A stretch of 64,000 bases of DNA from Fimbriosthenelais zetlandica (lineage: Eukaryota), in contig OZ365114.1 of NCBI GenBank assembly GCA_977030845.1, positions 18,166,001 to 18,230,000 of the forward strand, in the 5' to 3' direction. The notes beneath the pieces are model-generated. The model had not been told where the DNA came from, did not search any database, and saw only the letters and a program-made list of their open reading frames with translations. Positions 26,516 to 37,900 of this stretch are shown piece after piece (the first letter of the stretch is position 1; each line of letters begins with the position of its first letter). The position numbers and the translations under genes were made by a program.

Positions 26516-29500
26516 CACCTATTAAGGATTCTCGATGATCCACAGACGTTGCCCTCGCAATTTTAGTCTCTTGCCCCACAATTAACAAGTGGGTTTCTCA
26601 CATTATTCTCTGTTGTCTTTCCCAGAATGTATTCTTGGCTGTAAAAAACATTCTTGGACTTAGTTGCGAGGACATATCAATCAATAATCCTGAAATTATA
26701 GATGGCATATTCTATCTGTAATATCACCAATACCCTAGAGCTCTATGTATTTCACGTTCATATCGAAGAAATTTAATTTGAATTAGATAGAGTATATGCC
26801 TTCAGTAGCTTCCCAGCCGGCTAAAGCAGACGCTGGAGCACCTTTGAAGAATGAGTTACGTGACTGTTGTACGTGTAACCAATTGCCTATGGATTAGAAG
26901 TTGAGCTGAGCATTGCTGACAGCTGTGTGGCAGTCCATAGATAGGCATCCATAGTAAAGTCAATTTATTTCCCTAGTTACCCAGGCAAAGGATTGGTGTT
27001 TTAAATTGCAGGTCGGGATAAAGTGACAGGTTTGCTGGTGCAAATAATTTAACAGAAACCATATAATTTATCTGAAGTAGGATAGTATTGGATAAAATAA
27101 GTTTTAAGTTGTTTCCATAACATTAAGGAAGCAGGGGAAATTATTTGCGCTATTAGATACTTCCATGTTTCCAATAGATCAATAGTCGATCTGTGTGTCT
27201 CAGAAGATACCTTTAGAAGAATTAAAGTATATTATGTTTAATTAATTGCAGTAGGTTTAAATCTTTTTCTGCAAATCGGTAATCGCCGAAAAAGTGCATA
27301 CAGCAAGGCTTTGCAATTGCAGGTTTTTTATGAGGCAAAAAGAGCACCATGCCTTAAATACAGTGCATGCAAGCCAATTAAGATAGGCTAGCTTTGATAT
27401 TGACTCGCATTTCAAGCCAATTAGATGATACTTGATTAACGGATACCCTTCACACTCACGTTAATTTGTCATGGATCTGGAGTGAGCCTCCAGTATTATA
27501 AAATTCTGTTTAATCCTTACAGCTTATTTTTGGGAGGTATTTAAGAGAATTAATGAAGATTCAAATGAGATCTGTCTGATTTAATGACGGCCATGGAGGG
27601 GCAATCGAAAAAGACAAATTTTCATACGAGGAGCATAAATCACGATCAAGCCGTTTAAATGAAGGCACATGCGCATGTCATCGGGGCATGGCTTGGGCCG
27701 GTAGTAGGGGAAGCCCCCTGAATTCCTCGGTAGGGGTTGACCCAGTAGAAATCCAATCAGCGCCATTATTGCATCCACCTTGGGCATGGATGTGAAGCCT
27801 CTAATGTGACTGCCTGTTAATGTCCAGTCCTGGTCACTTTAATGGACAGTGATAGGGACTGTAATAGTGAAGAGATTAGTCTCTGAGCCTAGTCGATACT
27901 AATTAACTATCGGATGAACCTCATTCATCAAGCTAGGTCATCTATCAACCATTTATCAAACTCACATCCTCCACTCTCTCCATAGAGAAGGAGCTAATCT
28001 TCTGAATTGATGTATAATGGTGGTTCCTACAGCGCTTATGATTTGAAATAGGATGACACTGCTCATTTATATGGATTTCCTTTGGGAAAACTTAGAAATA
28101 GAGATTTGTGATAGCAGCTGCATATAATATACAAACGATATAATAATAACTCATTCCCAACGATAATTGGATTCTAATTTGATTTACTAATTTCATTGTA
28201 CCCTGCCCCCCCCCCCCCCCCCACCCCCCACCACAGACTCACTTTCTCCGTTTCTCTTACTCACATTTTTATCTTGAGTTGTAAAGTCTGGCATGGGTGT
28301 GGAGAGTTCATTTTTCATTTTAACTAGCTGTTGAAACAAACATTTGTCTCCGACTATTAGATCCTTTGAAGAAAAAAATCCTGGTGGACTGGATGCAAAT
28401 TAAGTTCAATCTACCAACACTGAATTGTCGATTGAGAGTTATATTATAGACTGACTGAAGTCCAAGGAGTAACTCAAGCCCCGTTTTGTTTGCCTGTACG
28501 AATTAAGCCATTATTCAATGGAATCTTCCCTCATTCAAGGTCCTACCAACAAGAATGCTGGTAAGAAGCTTGCACATGATAAGGAATCCCGGGGAAATAC
28601 CATTCTAATATTCCCTGAGACAAGTGACAATAGGCTTTTTATCTCGTATGGATTTTTTCAACAATGAAAGCATCTAATGGCACTGGTCCAGCTGTTCAGC
28701 ACTATTCACGCCATGGATTAATGTAAATGGGAGGAGGTGTTCATGATGCAGACTAAAGTCTGGACGGTATTGATGACTATAATATGAATACTTATTAGTC
28801 TCCTCACAGGTTTCAGGCGTGGGAGATGCCAAGAATGGGAAAGGCATTGAGGGCTCTTGCTAAACTTCTCCTACCTAAATATATACAGTATACCAAAAGG
28901 TGACTCCGACTAACATGGAGACTGGTGAATTATCACCACCAGAGGTCACAAATAAAGGCAGGATTATGTCTTTGAGAGTTTCCTCGATGACATCATAAAG
29001 ATGTTGGTAGCATTAGGTTTTCATTCCACCTCGTCTATGTATGCCAGGGTGGATAAATCATCAGAAGCCATCAGACGGAGGAATAGGAACGTCATAAAAT
29101 GGTGATCAAGTATTCATAATGTTTTTTTATCTCCCTATATTCCATAGACTGTCCTGTGCAGAGACCCTGAATCAAGCATATTACTGGCTATATTTTTTCG
29201 GCTTCACATAGTCACTTGAGAAGATGGTACTTTACGGGTGGATGCCTTCCTTAATGAACTACATAAATTGATATAGAAGTTCTGTTGACTTTGTCTTGAT
29301 TGCAGACATGTCGGCAGATATGAAGGACGAACATATAAGGTCCTTTTAACTGGTCTGACGTTCCATCTCATGTACTCTCAGATTGGCTATATAGGAAGTG
29401 ACTGGACTGGAATGGAGACATCGGAAATTCTAGATAATTCAATGTTATAGAGATCTGCATATTTTGGTGATAAACCATGATAAATCATTCTTGTCAGACA

Positions 29501-32496
29501 TTTATAACAGTATTATGTCTGGTCGTAGAGTGACTATCCTCCAAGGAGTTTCTTGGGATGAGCTTCACCCGCCTACATCTTTCTGGAAAAGTTGGTGAAC
29601 ATTGAGCTGTCAAATGATATTGATCTTTCTTCTCCCTGACACCAACCATCAAGCATCTACCAGAATATCAAACTCTCTTTTGTTCATCACCAAAGTATAT
29701 TGCTTAGTAAAAACATGTTGACGGCAGAAGTGATTGGAAATCATGATCCAGAGAGCACAATTACAGTGCGCTTCTTGCTGCCTTGAGTGTATGATGGTTC
29801 TAAATACAACGGTCAGACATTCCATCCTACTACATCCCTCAAATACTGGCATGTCATTAACAGCACCCAGATGCAGAGAGGTTCCCTTTTGATTTTGCTT
29901 GAACCCACGCTACAGTTATTTCTACCTTTCCTTCTTGCTTTTAACCAGAAACCCGGACTGCAAGCTCAGCTTGTTGTTAGCTGCTTTTACAGCTAGCCAT
30001 TTAATCAATTAAGGTTATAGAATTTCTTTTTTTTTAATTTCCACCGCAAGAATTTGCCCCCGGCTGGAAAATGCTCTGTCTTGTTGTCATTACAGCTAAA
30101 ATTGCATTCAACATTAATTCAGTAAGCTACAAAGCCAATCTTTATTTAATTTTACAGAAAATGAACGGAAGCCAGGTTAGCAGGGCCTCATTGTGTGGCC
30201 GCCGTCCATGTTTTTGTAATATCTCTCTACGGTTCCTGGTGAATCATGCATGGGATACGGGAAAACACAGTTTGTTTTCTCTTTTATTGATGATCTCTGT
30301 TAGTCTATGGCACATGCCTTGCAACTACTGCTTTCAGGTTAATCTCTTGAAATTGCTTGTGCCACGACGGTTACTTCACATATTTGATTGCCCTTTTGTA
30401 TACCTTGTCATGCATCATAGTGGATGACAGGAACTATCAAAGACTTTTTTCACAATTGTCTTCATACGCGATTAAAGCGTATTTTCCATTATGTCCCTCA
30501 TAAGTCATTACTCTTACAATGTATGACTCTTTTTATGCAGATAAACAGTTTGAAATCACTGTGTACAAGCCTAAATATTTTAACCCATGCATAATGTAGA
30601 GACTAAATTTATATCAGTGGAGTCGAAGCTCAAATAGACGAAAGTTTTGTCTATTGATAAGCAGTGACATGAATGACCTGCACGATCCAAGTTTTTCAGT
30701 GATTTTGCATGATATACTTGCCACCTCCATCATGCTTTTGAATGCGATGGTTGGCACTTGCATCAAACAATGACTCTGTGACCGAGTAATGTGAGATGGA
30801 TATATCACTACTGCAATTTATCACTACTGAAACTCCTATACATTTTTTATATCTGACAAGCCCCTGTGAGCTGCTGTTTCCATTTTACATGAGAAAGGTC
30901 ACCCTGTGAAAACTATAAAGGCAGTGGAAGAGGGAAAATACAATAGAAGAAGGTCAAAAAGACACAAAGTAAATTGGTCCTACATTTTGTACGTACATAA
31001 ACTGTTATAATGCAGGGTCCATGAGCTTTCATAAACAAAAAGTTTCCTGACAAACACTGTCCTGTCTGATTATAAACGTCATCTCAAATACAACTGAATA
31101 CATAGAAGGCAGTCTCAAGATCATCTCAGGCCAAACAGACTGAAACGTAAATAGAATGGTGGAAAAGATGTAGGCATGGACATGGTGGCCTTGCTTTGGG
31201 CGCTGTAATGTATAGGCCTACTTATAACAAAGTACTGAATACTGTCAAAAGATGAGAGGCAAATATATATACTTATAACTGTTTTCTATATGTACAGACT
31301 TGCTGAATACTGTTGCAGAACTCTAGTTGCTTGCTGAATAAGCTCGTTTTGCAATTGGACAAAGGACTTAACTTTTTTTTCACATAAGGGTATAGAATCA
31401 GTAGTTGAGATGGCTCAGGTGGCAAACATTTTCTGGCGCTATTCTTTGATTATATCTATTTGAGGCTTTGTTGCTGCAAAGGCAACTGTGAACAATTGCC
31501 TCTCCACATAAATCTATATTAATCTGAGTTAAGAACAATACAACATTGCCTTATACAGGATCTGTCATTCCCTCTGTCTCCTGGATTTAAGGAGGCAGAA
31601 GAACACATTAATTACATATGGCCAGAGGGGGATGGACGGAATATTTCCTCCGTGATTAATAAGAACACAAGCCAGCCATCTAGGTGTCTGCAATGAATTT
31701 GTGGCTTTGGTTTGGGAAACAAAATTTTCAAAACTGACTTGGCATGCATATGTCAAGATTTATAAACTTGTTACATTGACCTACATAAAAGGATCAAGGG
31801 CATATTTCAAAAGAAAAATTAGCAATTCTAATGTCTCTGGTTAATTTTTTTTTGAAATGGGCTCCATATGTTAATGTTAACTATCCATTTTACATACAAA
31901 TGAAAATCACCAGACATTGGGGCGCATGTGGCTGAGGTTTGATGGAAACAATCTAGAGTGACTTACCTGTCAATGGCAATGGCCATAAATGTGAAGACAG
32001 AGGCGCTGATGGTGCAAGTAGCAATGAACTGTGAAAACTTACAGTAGAGGGTCCCAAACGGCCAGTCACTCCTCACCATGTAGAGCGAGTTAAACAAGGT
32101 GTTCAGTATAGAGATTAGGGCATCAGCCACCGCCAAGTTTACCAGGAAATAATTGGTGACCGTGCGCATTCTCTTATGCGCAAGGACAATCCATATGACA
32201 ATGATGTTGCCTCCAGCAGCCACCACAACCATACTTGCAAAAGCAACAATGTAAATAAGTTGCAGATACCAGGCAGGGATGAATGGGTTGCCTTGGTAGC
32301 CCTCTGCCAATTCTTCACAAGTTGTATTGGCATGGCAACCGGCACTGATGTTACAAGGGCAACAATACTTGGGAATGGCCTCCCCTGTTCCGTTGATACC
32401 AACGGCAAAGCTGTAGATCGTGCCATTACAGAGGTAGGCTGCATAAGACTGATTCATCTTACTGGTGTATGCTGACGGGTACGGTGCAGAGGTCAT
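11742..32496 (-). CDS. TACR: Tachykinin receptor-family GPCR (invertebrate TkR99D/TkR86C-like; no one-to-one match to TACR1/2/3 implied), join(31967..32496,17467..17676,14140..14290,12429..12625,11742..11997), 447 aa
   Basis: Family-typical motifs: GGNIIVIWIVLAHKRMRTVTNYFLVNLA, DWPFGxxYCK, AIDR|YMAIIHPLRPR, ELWGSRAIGE, SKRK|VVKMM, CWLPQH, WLAMSNSMYNPMIYCWMNAR|FRKGF. All introns are GT-AG, phases 2,2,0,2, and 1344 nt is in frame. Confidence 0.95.
12429..12625 (-). CDS. TACR: Tachykinin receptor coding exon 4 (TM6-TM7)
   Basis: Acceptor ttttttcctcctccag|GTG GTA AAG, donor AG|gtgagt; contains CWLP and NPMIY. Confidence 0.95.
14140..14290 (-). CDS. TACR: Tachykinin receptor coding exon 3 (TM5-ICL3)
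   Basis: Acceptor gcttgcag|G TAC AAT, donor AAA|gtgagt; encodes YNVFVMLVNYFVPLGILAGTYARVGRELWGSRAIGEYTSRQEENVRSKRK. Missed by the ORF track. Confidence 0.94.
14371..14443 (+). mobile_element. ~70-bp MITE family, copy 3 (receptor intron 2)
   Basis: CTGGGGCCTATTTCAGAACAACCATTAGTAATGCTAAATCTATTGGGAATTTTTACACTGAACCAGGCTTCAG aligns with copy 2. Confidence 0.7.
16680..16760 (+). mobile_element. Possible 3' end remnant of a CR1/L2-type LINE ORF2
   Basis: AVEQSTVSSFKKRL resembles the CR1/L2 C-terminal motif VV.A.S+.SFK.RL. This short motif is the only evidence. Confidence 0.3.
17467..17676 (-). CDS. TACR: Tachykinin receptor coding exon 2 (ICL2-TM4-ECL2), 210 nt
   Basis: Acceptor tttgtttcttttcag|A TAC ATG, donor TG|gtaagt; encodes YMAIIHPLRPR...ICYLSWPDG. 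Confidence 0.95.
19471..19528 (+). mobile_element. ~70-bp MITE family, copy 4 (internally deleted; receptor intron 1)
   Basis: CAGGGACCTGTTTCAGAACAACCATTAGCAATGGTAAGTCTATGG-GAAACAGGCTCAG. Confidence 0.7.
24518..24546. repeat. Tandem duplication of GTTGCTTTCCAGGC (15-bp period, 2 copies)
   Basis: Seen directly. Confidence 0.75.
26463..26512. repeat. Compound microsatellite C17 + (CT)16
   Basis: Seen directly. Confidence 0.95.
28206..28232. repeat. Poly-C tract (C17-A-C6-A-CC)
   Basis: Seen directly. Confidence 0.9.
31967..32496 (-). CDS. TACR: Tachykinin receptor coding exon 1 (N-terminus to TM3 DR)
   Basis: First in-frame ATG 32496, downstream of an in-frame TAG at 32556-32554; donor GAC AG|gtaagt at 31967/31966. 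Confidence 0.93.
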
Positions 32497-32794
32497 GTTT
32501 GGAAACTTCCACGCGGTTGTAATTTGAGTTGGGAGTACAGTTGTTTCTGAGGGCTATTTATGCCGAGGCCCACTTTATCGGTCATAATACACCTTTAACC
32601 CATTGTAATGGCCAGTGATCAGATGCAGATGGAGTACTGAAGAACTTGGCCATTTCGCCCTTGACAGGGAATTCGGTTCCTTGAGCAATCCTGCTTATGG
32701 AGCTTCGGCTTGGATGCTTCAGATACTCGACTAAGTCTTGGAAGAAGCCTTGAAGCAACTTGCTAAGCTCACTGCCCCGACTCTCTCAGCACAT
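32497..32794 (-). other. Probable 5' UTR portion of the first coding exon (298 nt) containing 4 uORFs; implies an unlocated upstream non-coding exon
   Basis: Strong acceptor ctcattttcttatgttttttcttcag| at 32796-32795. uATGs at 32794 (MC*), 32653 (23 aa), 32603 (MG*) and 32585 (30 aa). Confidence 0.6.
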
Positions 32795-35479
32795 CTGAAG
32801 AAAAAACATAAGAAAATGAGATTTAGACTTTGAAGGGGGATTTTTTAAAAATCTTATTCTGTTTTTTCATTAACATGTCTACTGGCATTAGTCACTGCCT
32901 TTATTCCCTGGGGTACTTGTTATCCAGAGATATCGAACACATTTTTAACTTGCAATCAAATTGCAAGCCAGACTGTGTATGCTTGAAATGTCTCTTCAGA
33001 TTCAGTGAGGGATTTCAATAACATTTTTTGCATAGTCTGCTTCTTTGCTGGAAGTTGGAAGACGCCAGCATAAAAATCAAATCAGAGTGTTTGTCCAAAC
33101 GAAGGCTCTCTGCACAATCTTCCATGCGCTAGCAAAACTGATGCTGGATGAACATTATTCAATCCCTCCGCAAGCGTCTAGGCTGTAAAAATCCAAATTG
33201 TGGTGAGCTGGGTCTAGTTATATGTGCAGCAGCAAAGAAAGATTTCATGCCTAGACAAACAAGTTGAATCTGCTCTGCTTACAGGTTGTAGATTCAGATA
33301 CATGTGGATGCAGTGCCATTGCTGATGCCATTACATCAGGGTCCTGGTCCAGGCCAGCCCGGCCCTGAGCCATTATCATGAAAAGTGTGATCATTAACTG
33401 TAAATGTCTGCCCCGCCCTGATAAACTTCATGAAGTGGAATGTAACATGGATCAGGGGAGAAGACACTCTGACAAAAAACAAACTTAGAAAACTTTCCCC
33501 CTTTCTCACTTATGGTGTTCTGAAAGAGGGTTAGGAATATAAACTATGTGATTCCCCTCTGGACTTCTTCCTGTCATATACCTCGATTGCCCCTGTAACT
33601 TCTCAATTAGAGATGTTAAAGCATTCACTATTCGGTTTTAACCTCATACATAAAAAAGTCTATTATACTTGTATGGATGTTTTCTATGGTCTTACTTGCA
33701 TAATAGGCATATTCTCTTTTGATACATAGTTTATTTGCAAAATAAGCTATTGTTCTGAATAATTATAACTCTGACTTTGCACGGGAAATTTTGCATGGTT
33801 TGACTAGCTCAGGAAGTTCGGAAAAAGCACACCGTTTTCCTTTGACTTATCGACATTCATTTCCTCTGAATCGATCAAGAACTAATGCTTATTTCCTGTT
33901 CACTTCCACTCTCCTCTCAGTGAGACATCAATGCAGGAATTCTAATAATCTGTTTTTTCCAGATTCCCTTTTCTGCTGTCCACTTTGGAACCTTGAGATC
34001 CCTCTAAGTGCTTTGGCGTTGTCAACTGCTGCATGCATATCCGGTATAGGACCAGTGGAATCTGGTTCAATATTCATAGAAGGAACTGACCTGACCCTCT
34101 TTAGAAGAATACAGCCCTCTGGCTGAGCCATATAGCCTCTGATTCCTCCTGATGTATTAGAACATAAAGTTTATCCATCCAATTTCACTAGAGAAAACAG
34201 GGCACAAATAGGATATAACAAGATGGTGGTGCATGGCTGAGTACAGCTTTGATTCCACTAAAGGGATATGTGGCAGATTTTAAATTGGAACAAATGTCTT
34301 CATTGAAGGCAGTGCATATCAGTTGGCTAGGTTACCTGCAAATACAATGTTAAGTATTGCATAAACATCCAAAAAAACAACCTCAAATACATGGAGCAGA
34401 CCACCCATCAACACTTGTTGAGACAAAGGTTGACATCAACCTGTTTAGGCCACCCCGCTCTGAAAGGCAGTCTGGCATGGTCCTGCCAGGCTTATCACAA
34501 ATCTGCAGGGTATATAGCATGTTTTAAACCTTATTGCCTGGAGTTGTTGGCTCTGCACCGCGATAGCCTTTAGCAAGCAGGCGCCCTGGGAGAGACCTGA
34601 TGTCAGGACGGTGCTCCCTTCCGGCTTTATTACATGTAAACCCTGGTCATTTGTCTCTTTCTGATCTCGGATAAACTGGATTTACAACATCTTGCAACTC
34701 AGCAAGGAAAGTTGGTGACACTCCAGTGGGGTGTCTTATGTTATCCTAATGTGTCTGTATGGTTTATGTTATGGGAATTGGCCGGCTCCCTTCCCCTAAA
34801 GAGCACAGGCGAGGAAAGTGCAGTTGCCGTGGTTTCTCACTGGAAAATAGTCCTGAACTAAGTGTGCATTGGCTTTGATAAATAGTCAGGCAGAACACTG
34901 CTGATACTGCTCAACTTTCATTGAAAGAACTCTTAACATATTTCAGGCTGTTCTCTCATTCAATTTATGTTTCATTCCATCTAGGAAAATGGCACAAGGC
35001 TTTAAACAAATGTTCTAAATGTTTGTTCTAAATGCTTTTAGATTATGTCTTCAATGTGTATTATCGCAGTAACATAAATATAGTCTGTTCCCAGACTCAA
35101 GACGTTCTGAATGTTTGCAACAGTCTTGTGCACCGCTGTTCCAATACCTCAATTATACAGATTTTCCCAGCTGCGGACCATCAGGAAAAAAATGAGACGT
35201 GACAATGAAATGCTAATTAGACAAATTGATGCTGGGCTGGTGTAAGTGAGTGAATCAACCATGAAGTGACACGCATCTCATACCAAGGCTGATTACGTCA
35301 AATGTTTTGCCTTCAGAAGTTTGGTAATTCCATTTTCAGGAATGTGGATTTTTTACACTATTAATGCAGTTAGTACCTAGTACAACTTAAACATAGAATT
35401 CCAAAACGGGTCCCACCCCAACCGATTCCTGGTCAAATAATAACTAGTGAGCATATGGTAACTTGGGTTTTGCATCACA

Positions 35480-35811
35480 TGTGGCCTTGAAGCTTAATGC
35501 AATGATCAAAGCTATAGCTGATATGTTATGCATCACACAGGTGATATTGATAGAATGTAATGCCAAATTAGGCCCCTCCTCCTCCAGCTTGTCCATGTCC
35601 TCATCTTGCGCTGTGTAGCTCGAGCCGTGGAGATTGTCATAAATTTCCTCGGGCTGGAGCTCGCAAGCACACCATTTGTGCACGATGAAGCTGCCTTTAT
35701 CATGGGCCATTTACTGTAATCATCAAGCACTCTGAAAAATGTCCTCTGCCCAAGAGGGCCTCCATATAAACTGGTGTGGTGTATTTTAGCTTTTCCTTGC
35801 CTTTTTGGCAA
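35480..35811 (-). mobile_element. Decayed Ty3/Gypsy integrase core fragment
   Basis: GGPLGQRTFFRVLDDYSKWP matches the Gypsy motif AGPF.G..FL.+VD.YSKWP. It is followed, after a frameshift, by QPEEIYDN..GSSYTAQ, resembling LPE.+VSDNG.QFTS. Confidence 0.5.
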
Positions 35812-37900
35812 GGGATTATCTTTTATGTTGTCAATATCATTAAGCGCTTTCTAGAGGCCATTGAATTATTTAGATCAAGGTGTCAAACTGGTACATCGAA
35901 GTGTTGCTTTGATGCCGAAAATTCAAAGTGAAAATGTTCAGCATCTCACGTTTCTGTGAATTTCGCTACTAAATCTTTGATTTAGTTTACAAACACGTTC
36001 TAAGAGTGAATTGGTTTTTGATGCAACTTCCTGTTTCAAACACTGTCCAGAGTGAATACAGTTACTGCATCAACTATTAATCATTGCTACGAGGTATTGT
36101 GGAGTGATGAAACGAAAGTAATGGATCCTATACCTATAAAGCTTGTTACTGCTCACACATTGTTTGTAATACGGCAGCGATGAGAGCAAGACCACAGTGT
36201 TTTTACAACTTACAGGGGCACAGCAATGGATGGGTGTTATGCCTCAAGTTGGAGTGAAGATATGTCAGTGGACTACGAGGGCCATTTGACTCAAGAGCGA
36301 CTGCTCTGCACAAAGTGCGGTCAACTTTTTTTCAGTATACCGCTCATGAATTTGAGCCATGCAAGTACCTCTCTTTCTCTCTCACACCATCTCACATACA
36401 CACCTCCTCCTCACACTCTCTCCATGTCTATGTCTCTTGTCTGTTGGTCTGTCTGGCCCAGGGTGTAAAATCAGCTAAACCCGTAATGTTTGAAAGCATG
36501 GCTTCCAGCATTAGGCTCTCCCCCCGCCATGCGTTAAGAGGCGTGGAAGCCATCGTTGCAAGCTGTGGCCATCACGATGTTAAGCAGGTCTCGCACTGCC
36601 ACGGGCTGATGGGATGAAGGGTTGCTGGTGGGTGGTGGCCCTTGATGAAACTTCTTCCCAAGTACTCTTCTTCTTCTCCCCACCCTTCCTCTTCCCGCTC
36701 CTTTGCATGCGGGGAAAAACACGGTATGCCTGCCACTGGCATATTACAAATTGCTCCCTTTTCTTGCACAAAAAATGATCTTAGTCAATGTAGATCTCGC
36801 CTCAGGACTTTAAATGCCTACCAAGCACATCGGTAGATATTTCAACATAAGGATTTATTCCATCCGCCGAGATAAATATTTGTCCTCAGGACATGCTTAA
36901 AATGGTTTTCAATATTATGTGCTTTTGACTATAACGATTTCTAAAGGAACTTGTATATTGATCCGTGAATCCAAATTAGAAATCACAATAAAAAATGCTC
37001 TATTTATCTTTTAGACATCTAGAGACTGAATATTCAGATTGGAGCGGAAATAGAATGACACCTCACCTTTAGCAACTGGCATATTTGCTGCCACTACAAG
37101 ATTGAGTGAACACCAATATAAACTAGGTTTCCATGGCTTAACGCTTTTGTTTGACTATATTTCATTCCTGCCAATAAGCGCGCTGTCGGAGCAACCAACT
37201 GTAAGCATTAAAAGATGATGTTTCAAGCTCCAAACCTGGATATGGCCTTAGGTGCGAATATTCAGGGAATGTATAATTTACCATGTCAGGCTGAATAGAT
37301 CATAGGCGCATGCCCTTTCAGCCGGTGATGGAGAACCTGCAATCTATAGCTCAATTGTATGTTCCTCCTTAAAAATATACAGCAAAGAACCAGTTTATAC
37401 ATGGCTCGTGCCAGGGAGAGGGATTTTTGTATCGTGGATATGATTTCTTAGATGATGATTAATGAGCTCTCTATTAATCAATGTCATTCACTTTATTGAA
37501 ACTTTTTCCATTTTTAATATAAGGGAGTATATGGCTGGGCAGACTACCTGATAAAAATCTGCATATTGAAAAAGCAGCTCGATGAAGTGTCTGTCGAACC
37601 ATTACACATTTCTGGTTATAGTAAGGGAGACTATTAAGTTCCGTGGGAAAATGATGATTAAAATATCCCACCTATATAGAAATGTTCTATAGACCCTCAG
37701 GAACAAGAAAAACCATGTTGTCAATCTTGAATTTGCTGCAGAGGGCGGCCATCTTGGATTTCCATGGCAACAGTGCATTTTTTAAAGAAATTATAAAAAA
37801 AGGATGTTTTAGGGCATTACTTGATCAGAAATTGTCATAGAAAGCTAAAATTTGGTATGTTGGTGTATTATGCCAAGTTGCATTTTGGGATGGAATTTAA

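Noticed and set aside
28860-29650. Protein-looking - strand translation (e.g. RIVTLRPDIILL, resembling an RLE endonuclease motif)
   Set aside because: Stop density is about what random AT-rich DNA gives, and the downstream RLE motif is absent.
33283-33415. Candidate upstream non-coding exon and GC-box promoter for the receptor (donor CCT|GTAAGC at 33283/33282, GGGCGGGG at 33415-33408)
   Set aside because: Several equally plausible donors exist (e.g. near 33695), so this cannot be chosen without transcript data.
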